Origin: Alphaproteobacteria bacterium
GTDB lineage: Bacteria; Pseudomonadota; Alphaproteobacteria; SMXS01
Reading direction: 5' to 3'
Assembly: GCA_016124315.1 (NCBI GenBank)
Contig: WGNW01000060.1
Coordinates: 18,615-82,614, forward strand
DNA length: 64,000 bases
How positions within the stretch are numbered: the first letter of the stretch is position 1; each line of letters opens with the position of its first letter. A program made the position numbers and the translations under genes. Shown in pieces: positions 9,106-19,004 of this stretch. The notes under the pieces were generated by a model. That model did no database searches, was not told the DNA's origin, and saw only the letters and a program-made list of their open reading frames with translations.

Positions 9106-12100
9106 ATGAAGCGCTTGGACACCAAGCTCAAATTGTCGGTATCGCTTTTCGCACTGATGAGCGGCGGAGCGCTGCTGGCTTCGAGCGCTGCCGCTGAGAC
9201 CATCTCCGGGGATCATGACGCGGTCGTCGTTTCGACCGACGTCGACTCTCTCACCGCCGACGATACCGCCGTGATCAGCCCCGGCGGGCTGACTGTCTCG
9301 GGCGACGTGGCGGGCGACTTCATCAATCAGGGCAGCATCGAGTTCAACGACAGCCCGATCGCCGGCGAGAATACCTCCCTGACGGCCGACGCGATCGCCG
9401 CCAATGTTCAGGGTGTCGTGGGCGGCGACGTGTCGAACGTGGGTTCGCTGTCGGCCTCCGCCAATGCAGGCGTCAGCCTGCTCGGCAACCAGAGCGGCGC
9501 GGATCCCATCGTGTTCGACGCCATGCCGTCCGTGACGGCCTCGGCTTCGGGTGCCTATTTCCACGAGGTCGTCGGCGACGTTGCCAACAGCGGCACGATT
9601 GCGTCCTCGGCCACCTCCAACGCCTCGGCCGATACCACCGTAGCTTCCGACGCCGCCGGCACGATGACCGGCGGGGCGATCTCGTCCGCGTTCTCGCGGG
9701 GTGCGCTGATCTACATGGACGGCGGCGCCTTCACCAACGACGCGGATGCGGAAACCACCACGGATCAGGAAGCCTCGGCCGACGATCCCGCGGGCATCAC
9801 GTCCAGCGCGACGTCCACGGGCACCATTTCGGCGGACGTGAGCGGCACCTCGGCCAACGCCTTCAGCGCCGGCGACGTGATCGATTCTCACGCCACCGCC
9901 TGGGGTGTCGACGTCTACGGAGCGGGCTCCGCCTCCAACACCGGCGAGATCACGTCCGACGCGCAGAGCGACCTGACCCTGAACGCGACCGCGACCGCCT
10001 CGAACGGTGATGCCACCGTCAACCTGCCCTCCAATGGCGGCGAGGATTCCGGCTACGTCCATTCCGGCGCCTATGCGAGCGGCCTCTACGTGGCGAACAC
10101 GGGTGAGGACGGCGTCTCCAGCATCGACAACTCCGGCACCATTTCGGCGACGTCGAATTCCACGGCGGACCTGACGGTCGACGCCACGGCGACGGGCGGC
10201 TCCGCCAGCATCGTCGCGCCGGACGTCTATGCCGACAGCTGGGCCGGCGGCATCGGCGTCGGCGGCTACAATGAACAGGGCGTCGACCCCAACACGACGT
10301 CCGTCGCCACGCTGAACAACAGCGGCAGCGTGACGGCCGACACGGCGACCACCCTCACCCAAACCTACACGGCGACGGGTGAAGACGACGCCAGCGTCGC
10401 GATGGGCGGCAGCGCCACGGCAACGGCGACCGGCGTCTACGCCGATCACGTGACGACCAAGCTGTCGAACTCGGGCAGCATCTCCGCCACCGCCACCACG
10501 AACCGTGCGGACACCGCCACCGCGGAGATGACCAACAGCGCGGCGACGGACTCCGGCGCGTTCGTGGACGGACAGGACTATACGGGCGCCGAAGCCGTGG
10601 GCATCTGGGGCGACGCGGTCGACGGTGCCTTCCTCAATGCTGAGGGCGGCGAGATCGTCGCCGATTCCTCCGCCACGGCCACCCATGACCTCACCGCCAC
10701 CAGCGCGACCGACGCGGGCGTGTCGACGAACAACATCGTCTATTCGCTCGCCGGCGGCGTGCTGCTGAATGACGGCGAGGCCACCGTCGCCAACGACGGT
10801 TCCATCACCGCGACCGCGGCGGCCTCGAACACCATCAACGCTTCGGCAACCAGCACCGGTACGGGCGAGAACGCCGGCACGGCCACCACCTCCCAAAGCA
10901 GCCTCACCGCCGCGGCGGCGGGTGGCCTGCTGGACCTGGGCGTTGCCGACGGCTTCACCAACAGCGGCGACATCGGCGCCACCGCCACCGCCGATTCGAC
11001 GGTGACCCTGGCCGGCGGCACGGGTGCGACGTCAAACAACACCCTGGTGGCGGCGGCCGGCGGCGCGCTGTTCCTCCAGCCGGTCAAGGGCGACGTCGAC
11101 AATTCCGGGTCGATCACGGCCAACGCCACCGGTTCGCTCGATGTGGGCGTGGCCTCCGGTACGGAAGCGGCGCCGGGGCCGGCATCCTCCACCAACATCG
11201 GCGGGGCGATCGCAGTCGGCTTCGCGGCCAACATCAGCAGCCCCGACGTGCAGACCCCGACTGCCGAAGATGCGACGCCTCCGGCGCCCTACACCTTCAC
11301 CAACAGCGGCGACATCAACGCCACCGCGGACATGACGGTCAACGTCGGTCTGCCGACGTCCACCGACCCGGCTCCCCAGCAGACGACCTATGCGGGCGTC
11401 GGTGTGGCGGGCGCCGTGCTCTGGGGCGACGTGAACTCCGTCACCAACAGCGGCACCATCACCGCCGACGGCACGTTCAACGCCTCCGGCGTGAGCGGTG
11501 AGAATTCCGCGACCGGTGCGGTGGCCGTGGGCCTCTGGATGATGGACGCGGGCGACAACACGGTGATCGACAATAGCGGCGACATCACCGCCAGCCTCAG
11601 CGGCAACGCGCAGTATTCCGCTGCCGTCGGCCTGATGCTGGGCCCGGTTCCCAGCGATGTCCTGGCCGGCGTTCTCGACCAGATCAACATCAACACGTCG
11701 GACATCGGCGGCATCTTCGCTCTCTCCAGTGACCTGGTCAGCCAGGCGGCCGGCGTGATCACCGTCAACAACACGGGAACCATCTCCGGCACCAACGACA
11801 TGGAAGGCGGCTACGGCTACGGCATCTTCGCCGAGACGGCGCCGGTTCCGGTCGTCATCAACCAGATGGGCGGTTCGATCTCCGGCACCACGGCGGCGAT
11901 TGCCATGAACCAGGGCAACGCGGACACGCTGAACTGGTCGGGCGGCGAGATTCACGGTCTGGTCGACGCCGACTCGAGCGATGTGGTGAACGTGATCCAG
12001 AACGGCGAGAACGACACCACCGTGACCGCCGGCACCGACTTCACGCTGAACGGCGCCGGCCAGCTCAACGTGGGCGGCGAGAACCATCCCGTCACCTTCG

Positions 12101-13695
12101 TGATGAACGGCCTGGTCAGCAACACGGGTGAAGCAAACGTCAACCCGGACGCCACGCTGGTGGTGGGCCCGACGGGCGAGATCGACGTCGGCACCTACAA
12201 CCAGGCGGCCGGCAGCAACCTGGTGATCCAGTTCGATCCGGACAACGCCGGCCTGATCACGACGACCGGTGACGCCAACATCGCCGGCACGTTCCAGCCG
12301 CAGGCGCTTCCGGGGCTCTATGGCGCGTCCGGCAGCCACACGGTGATCGACGCGGGTGGTGTGATCAACGGCTCGTTCGACGAGATCAACACGACCGGCG
12401 ACACGCTGCTGCTCGACTTCTCCACCGAGGTCAACGACTCCAGCGTCGTGGTCTCGTGGAACCGCAACGCCTTCGACTCGGTCGACGGCCTCAGCGACAA
12501 CGCCAAGTCGGTGGGCGGTGCCCTCGAGGCGGGCTACGACCCGGGCCGGACGCCGTCGGGCAACGCCATCGAGCTGAACGACCAGCTCGCCGGCCTGTTC
12601 ACGCTGACGGACGCTAGCCAGTACAATAGCATCCTGAACTCGTGGTCGGGCTCCGAGCACGCCCAGGTGATGCGGGCGGCGGCGAACCTGTCGGAGCCGT
12701 ACCTGATGGCGCTCAGCGAGCACCTCAACGACAACCGCAACACCGGCACGGTGGAGCAGCCTGTCGTGATGCTGCAGCCGAAGGGCTCTTCGGCGTCGAT
12801 TGCGCCGGCTTCTGCGGCCGGCCAGTCGGGCGCCGAGCAGAGCGGCCTGGCGTTCTGGGCCCGCGCCATGGGCAACTGGACCAAGGTGAACGGCGACGCC
12901 AACGCGGATGGCTACAACGGTGATACCTACGGCGCCGTGCTGGGCATGGATTTCCGTGCCTCGCCGAACATCCTGCTGGGCATCGCCGGGTCGTATCTGG
13001 ATGACAGCATCGACTTCAAGGACGGCGACACCGCCGGTATCCACCGCTGGAGCATCGGCGCCTACGGGTCGGCGCAGTTCGACCAGGTCTACCTGGATGG
13101 TTCGTTCACCTACGGCAAGGACCACTACAAGGTGGACCGGACGATCATCACCGGCGGCACTGGCGACCTGAGCTACAGCGGTCTCGAAGGCGTCTCGTCC
13201 AAGTACAGTGGCGACGTCTGGATGGCCCATGCCGAAGTCGGGTACAACTGGGAGCTGGGCGACAACGCCAAGCTGCAGCCCTTCGCCGGCCTGAACTACA
13301 CCAGCGTCGACACGGGCGGCTTCACCGAGACCGGAGGCGGCGACCTTGCCCTCATCGGGACCGATGGCACCGGCAAGTCGTTCCAGTCGCGGGTCGGCGC
13401 CCGGCTGTCGGGTCAGTGGGGCTCGGGTGACGTCACCTGGATCCCGGAACTGCGCGCCGAATGGCGTCATGAGTTCAAGGACAACCCGGCGTGGATCCAG
13501 GCCTCCCTGGTGGGGCTGCCGAACCAGTCGTTCACGACGGTCGGCTCGCAGGTCAGCAAGGACCTGGCCGTGATCGGTGCCGGCATCACCGCCCAGTTCA
13601 AGGGCGGCTGGGGCCTGTACTTCGATTACCAGGGCGCCTTTGCGTCGGGCTACACGAGCCACACCGCTCAAGGCGGGGTCCGCGTCAAGTTCTGA
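9106..13695 (+). CDS. Type Va autotransporter 1 (adhesin-like beta-helical passenger)
   Basis: SD aagggag; Sec signal MKRLDTKLKLSVSLFAL...AAAE; repeated N-[ST]-G-x-I-x-A rungs; C-terminal barrel with LQPFAGLNY, PELRAEWRHEF, ending GGVRVKF. Confidence 0.93.
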   Translation: MKRLDTKLKLSVSLFALMSGGALLASSAAAETISGDHDAVVVSTDVDSLTADDTAVISPGGLTVSGDVAGDFINQGSIEFNDSPIAGENTSLTADAIAANVQGVVGGDVSNVGSLSASANAGVSLLGNQSGADPIVFDAMPSVTASASGAYFHEVVGDVANSGTIASSATSNASADTTVASDAAGTMTGGAISSAFSRGALIYMDGGAFTNDADAETTTDQEASADDPAGITSSATSTGTISADVSGTSANAFSAGDVIDSHATAWGVDVYGAGSASNTGEITSDAQSDLTLNATATASNGDATVNLPSNGGEDSGYVHSGAYASGLYVANTGEDGVSSIDNSGTISATSNSTADLTVDATATGGSASIVAPDVYADSWAGGIGVGGYNEQGVDPNTTSVATLNNSGSVTADTATTLTQTYTATGEDDASVAMGGSATATATGVYADHVTTKLSNSGSISATATTNRADTATAEMTNSAATDSGAFVDGQDYTGAEAVGIWGDAVDGAFLNAEGGEIVADSSATATHDLTATSATDAGVSTNNIVYSLAGGVLLNDGEATVANDGSITATAAASNTINASATSTGTGENAGTATTSQSSLTAAAAGGLLDLGVADGFTNSGDIGATATADSTVTLAGGTGATSNNTLVAAAGGALFLQPVKGDVDNSGSITANATGSLDVGVASGTEAAPGPASSTNIGGAIAVGFAANISSPDVQTPTAEDATPPAPYTFTNSGDINATADMTVNVGLPTSTDPAPQQTTYAGVGVAGAVLWGDVNSVTNSGTITADGTFNASGVSGENSATGAVAVGLWMMDAGDNTVIDNSGDITASLSGNAQYSAAVGLMLGPVPSDVLAGVLDQININTSDIGGIFALSSDLVSQAAGVITVNNTGTISGTNDMEGGYGYGIFAETAPVPVVINQMGGSISGTTAAIAMNQGNADTLNWSGGEIHGLVDADSSDVVNVIQNGENDTTVTAGTDFTLNGAGQLNVGGENHPVTFVMNGLVSNTGEANVNPDATLVVGPTGEIDVGTYNQAAGSNLVIQFDPDNAGLITTTGDANIAGTFQPQALPGLYGASGSHTVIDAGGVINGSFDEINTTGDTLLLDFSTEVNDSSVVVSWNRNAFDSVDGLSDNAKSVGGALEAGYDPGRTPSGNAIELNDQLAGLFTLTDASQYNSILNSWSGSEHAQVMRAAANLSEPYLMALSEHLNDNRNTGTVEQPVVMLQPKGSSASIAPASAAGQSGAEQSGLAFWARAMGNWTKVNGDANADGYNGDTYGAVLGMDFRASPNILLGIAGSYLDDSIDFKDGDTAGIHRWSIGAYGSAQFDQVYLDGSFTYGKDHYKVDRTIITGGTGDLSYSGLEGVSSKYSGDVWMAHAEVGYNWELGDNAKLQPFAGLNYTSVDTGGFTETGGGDLALIGTDGTGKSFQSRVGARLSGQWGSGDVTWIPELRAEWRHEFKDNPAWIQASLVGLPNQSFTTVGSQVSKDLAVIGAGITAQFKGGWGLYFDYQGAFASGYTSHTAQGGVRVKF

Positions 13696-13707
13696 CGCGG
13701 TCAACAT

Positions 13708-13753
13708 GGGAGGCAGGCGGGCACCCCTCGGCTCCCGCCCGCCTTACCCTCCC
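13708..13753 (+). terminator. Imperfect stem-loop after autotransporter 1
   Basis: GGGAGG..GGCGGGC pairs with GCCCGCC...CCTCCC; no U tract. Confidence 0.35.
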
Positions 13754-13982
13754 AAAACAGCAGCAGGACACGGCGTACCGCAATTTTAGCGGTGCGCCGT
13801 GTTCATTTTTTCTAAGGCCCGGCCGCAACGCCAGCCAAAATCCAGCAGTCCTGATTACTTTTTCGTGAGTTTTGCCGATTCTGACAGTAGGCGAGCGGAC
13901 GGTGTCCCCGTACTCTTTTTGCCGAGAGCCGGTCAGCGGCCTTTTCAATACCAACAGATTTTCTCTTTGGAGGGGACATATC

Positions 13983-16900
13983 ATGAAGCGCTTTGGCAGC
14001 AGGCTGAAGGTTTCCGTATCCATCGTCGCGCTGGCGAGTGCGTCGCCATTTTTTGCAGCGCCGGCCCGCGCCGTTACGATATCAAGCGATCAAACCGGCT
14101 TCAGCGCCACGTCGGACATCACCGACGGCCTGACCGTCGCCGAAGGCGTCACCGTCTCGCCCGGCAACATCTTCGTCGATCCCAGCTATGCGTTCCAAGG
14201 GAACCTCACGAACAATGGCACCGTCCAGCTGACCTTGGACGACGACCCGGACAGTTCTGATCTCTACGCGGCTATATCGGTTCCAGGCACGCTGGATGGC
14301 GACCTCTCCAACAATGACGAAATTGAAGCCTCCGAGACAGCGACCGACTCCCAGATGGACGATGTCGATGTCGAGGGTCCCGCTAGCGTCGGCGGTCCCC
14401 TGTATGCCGCGTCGGACGTGGCTGGTGTCTATGTCGGCGTGTTGAACGGAGACCTGGACAATGCCGGCAACGCCACGGGCACGGCTTCGTCCGAGAACGA
14501 CTACACGGCGAATGTAGTCGCCACCGGGGACGCGTCGGTGGGACTGAGCAGCCGGGCGTTTTCGAACGCCGCCGGAATCTGGGTATACGACTTGGAGGGC
14601 ACGCTGACCAATTCCGGAGACGCGGCGATCGCGGCCGTCTCGGAGAGCACGACCAATGCCGATGCGACTGCCTCCGGTGCCAATGTCTGGATTCGCTTCG
14701 ACGAACTCAACAGTTCGTCTGGGGCGGTGGGGATTCGGGCCGGGAACACTTATCAGGCCGTTTCTGCACAAGCCATTGTAAACGATGGCTCCGTCTCGGC
14801 TTCGGCACACTCCGGCATCACAGCGAACGCGAGCGCCTCGTCGAACAGCGGCGAAGCCCGAGCCGACTGGGGGACCATCTACGCCCCAAGCGGCGCCCAG
14901 GGCATTCTGGTGGAAGGGCGCGGCACGGAACTCACCAATACCGGTGAAGTTGACGCAGCTGCCCAGAGTTCGGTTCAGGTCAGTCTGGAGGCGCGCGGTC
15001 CGACCGCGCTGGTGTCGCCTAACGTGCCGAGCAGCGTCATGTCGATCGCGCGGGGCATTGATGGCCTTTTTGAAGGGACGGTCTCCAACACCGGACAGGT
15101 CGTTGCCACGGGGCAAGCCGATCTGTCGTTGCTGAGCTCGACGGTCGCGGTGGACGGCAATTCAACAATCGACCTGACGTCGGTACCCGTCGATGTTCAA
15201 AGCGTGGGGATCGATACTGGCGACGACATCACCTCCACTATTCTTGGCAACAGCGGGGCGATCAACAGCAGCGCGGCAGCGACCATCGAATTGCAGCATT
15301 CTTCCAGCGCCGATGCCGGCAGTGCGTCCATCAAGGACACCGGGGCGGCGGATTCCGGCAGCCATGCTGCCGGCGTCAACATCACCGGCGCAAAGTCGGC
15401 ATCGAACAGCGGCGATGTTGTCGCTCAAGCTGCGACCACTGCCGGCGTCGACCTGGCGTCCTCCGGCCAGTCCAACGACGAAGGCGATGCGGCGTCGATT
15501 GTGGTCGCCTACGATTTCGGATCCGATGCCGCAGGTGTTGCAATAGACCAGCTTGCCGAGACCTTTGACAATGGGGGAAGCATTGCAGCCGCGGGATCAA
15601 GCGAGACAACGTTTACGGCGAACGCCTCGGCCAGCGACGGCTCGGCCTTGGTGAACAGTGACGTCTCAACCGTTGGGACGGCCGTTGGCGTCGGAATCAA
15701 TGCGCTGGGCGGCGACTTCTCCAACGGCGGGGACGCGACCATCGATGCGACCGCGACCGCAACATTGGACGCGGGCCTCTCGGCCTCCGGAACGTCTGCA
15801 CGGGTCACTTCGAGCTCGGCCGAGACCACGTCCGACGCCCGTGGCGTCGACCTGGCCTACGGCGAGCACGCGGTCGTCAACGACGGCAGCATCTCGGCGT
15901 CTGCGACCAGCACCGGAACCCTCAACGCGTCGGCGGACGGTGGCGAGGGACCGGGGCAGGTTGCGCTTGGCTCCAATTTGACCGGCAGCCTCGCGTTGGG
16001 TGTCCGTGACTCAGGAATCTCCACCGGCTTCACCAACACGGGAGATATCCAGGCCGACGCGGTGTCGACGGCATCCTACGGGCTTTCCGCATCCGGCGGC
16101 GCCGACAGCGGCGTGGTTTTTGACAATACCTTCTGGGCGACGGCGATCGGTGTCGAGCTGTTCGGCGCGAACCCGGTGCAAGGCGACTTCGACAACTCTG
16201 GAAACATCGTTGCAACCGCTACCGGCACACTCGGTGTTTCCGTTGCTTCCTCGGCCGGGGAAGAGGCGGGCCTGGCGTGGACGGGCACCGGCGCCACGCT
16301 GTCCGCAGTCGGTGTCGTTATCAAGTTCGCGGCGCCGCCCGTGGTGGAAGAGGGGGGCGGAGACCAGGCGGCGCAGCAGGCCGCCGGCGAGCCCTACAGC
16401 TTCACCAACAGCGGCGATATCTCGGCCACGGGGGTGCTGAGCCTTGTGATGGACGTGCCTGCGGGGACGGGCGAGTCCAGCGGCCAGACCACCGGCATTT
16501 CCTTCAACGTCCTCAGCGTCGAGATCGCGGGGCCCGTCGGTGCGGTGACCAACAGCGGTACCATTGCGGCCACCGGCTCCCTCGACGTCTCGGGGACGGG
16601 CGACGTGAGCGGCACGGCGGGCGTCATCGGCTTATGGCTGCATGACGCGGGCGCGGGCTCGAGCGTGACCAACAGCGGCACGATCAGCGCCGACCTGACC
16701 GGCAACGCGGACCTGGGTACCGCAGTGGCCGCCGTCGTCCTCGGCCCGGGCGTGATCTTGCCGCCGCCGCCGGACGGCGGCCAGGACCAAACAGTTACGG
16801 TCGGCCGATCGGGCGGCAGCATGTCGGGCACCGATACCGGCCTCGGCTACACCACGGCACCGGGCGACGTGATCACGCTGACCAACAGCGGCACGATCTC

Positions 16901-18806
16901 GGCGACCAACGAGATGGGCACGGCCTACGGCATCTATGCCGAGACCGCGCCGGTTCCGGTGGTGATCAACCAGCAGGGCGGCTCGATCTCCGGCGACGTG
17001 GCGATTGCCATCAATCAGGGCAACGCCGACACGCTGAACTGGACCGGCGGCGAGATCCACGGGGTGGTGGACGCGGACGGCACGGACGTGGTGAACGTGT
17101 TCGCCGGCACCGGCACGCCCGACGACGGGGTGATTACGGCGGGCGCGGACTTCACCCTGTCGGGCGGGGCGTCGCTGAACGTGGGCACGGACGCGGACGC
17201 GCCGGTCACCTTGCACCTGGACGGCACGGTGGACGGCACGGGCACGGCCAACGTGAACGAAGGCGCGGCGCTTGAGCTGGGCCCGACGGGCCAGATGACG
17301 GTGGGCACATTCAACATGGACCCGTCGGCGACGCTGGCGTTCCAGTTCCTGCCCGACGAGGCCGGACATATCGGGGTGACCGGCGACGCCAACATCGACG
17401 GGACGCTGACGGCCGAGGCGCTGCCCGGACTCTACGGCAACAGCGGCAGCCACGTGGTGCTGGAGACCGGCGGCTCGATCGTCGGGTCGTTCGAGAACGT
17501 GGACGTCACCGGCGACACGCTGCTGCTGGACTTCTCGGCGAGCGTGGGCGACCAGGACATCACGGTGTCGTGGGAGCGGACGGCGTTCGACGCGGTGCCG
17601 GGGCTGACCGTCAACGCGGATTCGGTGGCGGGCGCGCTGGAGGCCGGCTACGACCCGTCGCGCACGGCGAGCGGCAACAGCCCGGAGTTGAACGACATCC
17701 TGTCGGGGATGTTCACGCTGACGGACGCGGGCCATTACGACCGGGTGCTGAACTCGTGGTCGGGCTCGGAGCACGCGCAGGTGATGCGGGCGGCGGCGAA
17801 CCTGTCGGAGCCCTATCACGCGGTGCTGTCGGAGCACCTGAACGACATCCGCCGCTCCGGCGCGCCGGACGGCCAGGTGGTGATGCTGCGGCCGCGCGGC
17901 TCGTCCAGCTCGATCGCGCCGCTGTCGACGGCGGGGGCGTCGTCGGAAGGCAGCCGCTTCGGCTTCTGGGGCCGGGCCGTCGGACGATGGGCGAGCACGC
18001 GGGGCGACGTGGAGGCGGACGGCTACGACGAGGACACCTACGGGGCGGTGCTCGGCGCGGACTTCGCGGTGTCGCCGAACGTGGTGCTGGGCATCGTCGG
18101 CAGCTACATGGACGACAACGTGAAGTTCGACGACGGGGACCGGGGCAAGGTGAAGCGCTGGACCATCGGCGGCTACGTGTCGGCGACCTTCGACCGGTTC
18201 TACATGGACGGGTCGGTGACCTACGCCAGCGACAACTACCGCGTCAACCGGACGATCATGTACGGCGACACGTCGTGCCTGAGCTATACCTGCACCCAGG
18301 GTGCGTCGTCGAAGTACGACGGCAACGGCTGGATGGCCCATGCTGAATTGGGCTACGTGGCGGACTTGGGCGGGGGCACCAGCCTGCAGCCCTTCGCCGG
18401 CCTGAACTACTCGAGCGTGAGCCTGGACCCGTTCAGCGAGACCGGCGGGGGCGATCTGGGCCTGGACGTGCTGGACGGCAAGGGGCGGTCGCTGCAGTCG
18501 CGGCTCGGCGCCCGGCTGACCGGCGAGTGGGGCAGCGGCACCACCAAGTGGATCCCCGAGCTGCGCGCCGAGTGGCGGCACGAGTTCAAGGACGATCCGG
18601 CGTGGATCAGCGCCAACCTGGCGGGGCTGCCCAACGAGCCGTTCACGGCGATCGGCTCGAAGGTGGCGGGCGACCTGGCGGTGGTGGGCGCCGGTATTAC
18701 GGCGGTGATGCAGAACGGCGTCGGCCTGTTCCTCGACTACCAGGGCGCCTTCGGCTCCGGATACAACAGCCATTTGATCCAGGGCGGGGTTCGGGTAAGG
18801 TTCTAG
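13983..18806 (+). CDS. Type Va autotransporter 2, paralog of the upstream gene
   Basis: SD ggagggg; signal MKRFGSRLKVSVSIVAL...ARA; same rung repeats; shared LNSWSGSEHAQVMRAAANLSEPY helix; ends GGVRVRF. Confidence 0.93.
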   Translation: MKRFGSRLKVSVSIVALASASPFFAAPARAVTISSDQTGFSATSDITDGLTVAEGVTVSPGNIFVDPSYAFQGNLTNNGTVQLTLDDDPDSSDLYAAISVPGTLDGDLSNNDEIEASETATDSQMDDVDVEGPASVGGPLYAASDVAGVYVGVLNGDLDNAGNATGTASSENDYTANVVATGDASVGLSSRAFSNAAGIWVYDLEGTLTNSGDAAIAAVSESTTNADATASGANVWIRFDELNSSSGAVGIRAGNTYQAVSAQAIVNDGSVSASAHSGITANASASSNSGEARADWGTIYAPSGAQGILVEGRGTELTNTGEVDAAAQSSVQVSLEARGPTALVSPNVPSSVMSIARGIDGLFEGTVSNTGQVVATGQADLSLLSSTVAVDGNSTIDLTSVPVDVQSVGIDTGDDITSTILGNSGAINSSAAATIELQHSSSADAGSASIKDTGAADSGSHAAGVNITGAKSASNSGDVVAQAATTAGVDLASSGQSNDEGDAASIVVAYDFGSDAAGVAIDQLAETFDNGGSIAAAGSSETTFTANASASDGSALVNSDVSTVGTAVGVGINALGGDFSNGGDATIDATATATLDAGLSASGTSARVTSSSAETTSDARGVDLAYGEHAVVNDGSISASATSTGTLNASADGGEGPGQVALGSNLTGSLALGVRDSGISTGFTNTGDIQADAVSTASYGLSASGGADSGVVFDNTFWATAIGVELFGANPVQGDFDNSGNIVATATGTLGVSVASSAGEEAGLAWTGTGATLSAVGVVIKFAAPPVVEEGGGDQAAQQAAGEPYSFTNSGDISATGVLSLVMDVPAGTGESSGQTTGISFNVLSVEIAGPVGAVTNSGTIAATGSLDVSGTGDVSGTAGVIGLWLHDAGAGSSVTNSGTISADLTGNADLGTAVAAVVLGPGVILPPPPDGGQDQTVTVGRSGGSMSGTDTGLGYTTAPGDVITLTNSGTISATNEMGTAYGIYAETAPVPVVINQQGGSISGDVAIAINQGNADTLNWTGGEIHGVVDADGTDVVNVFAGTGTPDDGVITAGADFTLSGGASLNVGTDADAPVTLHLDGTVDGTGTANVNEGAALELGPTGQMTVGTFNMDPSATLAFQFLPDEAGHIGVTGDANIDGTLTAEALPGLYGNSGSHVVLETGGSIVGSFENVDVTGDTLLLDFSASVGDQDITVSWERTAFDAVPGLTVNADSVAGALEAGYDPSRTASGNSPELNDILSGMFTLTDAGHYDRVLNSWSGSEHAQVMRAAANLSEPYHAVLSEHLNDIRRSGAPDGQVVMLRPRGSSSSIAPLSTAGASSEGSRFGFWGRAVGRWASTRGDVEADGYDEDTYGAVLGADFAVSPNVVLGIVGSYMDDNVKFDDGDRGKVKRWTIGGYVSATFDRFYMDGSVTYASDNYRVNRTIMYGDTSCLSYTCTQGASSKYDGNGWMAHAELGYVADLGGGTSLQPFAGLNYSSVSLDPFSETGGGDLGLDVLDGKGRSLQSRLGARLTGEWGSGTTKWIPELRAEWRHEFKDDPAWISANLAGLPNEPFTAIGSKVAGDLAVVGAGITAVMQNGVGLFLDYQGAFGSGYNSHLIQGGVRVRF

Positions 18807-18874
18807 CAGCGACGACCCGGCGCCGGGCGGCCATAACCAGCTCCACTGGACCATTCCGGAACCGGATTCGAGCG

Positions 18875-18907
18875 GAACGCGGCGTTCCCGGAAGGGGCGC
18901 CGCGTTC
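18875..18907 (+). terminator. GC-rich hairpin between autotransporter 2 and the sulfotransferase
   Basis: GAACGCGGCG...CGCCGCGTTC 10-bp stem; no U tract, so possibly a stabilising or processing element. Confidence 0.35.
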
Positions 18908-19004
18908 GCGTCTTGATCGGTTCCGTGCGGGCCGAGGCCGGTCGGGCGCCGCACCATCACCGGAGCAGAGGCAGTTGACGGACGGACAGCGGAACGTAAA
19001 GCAG

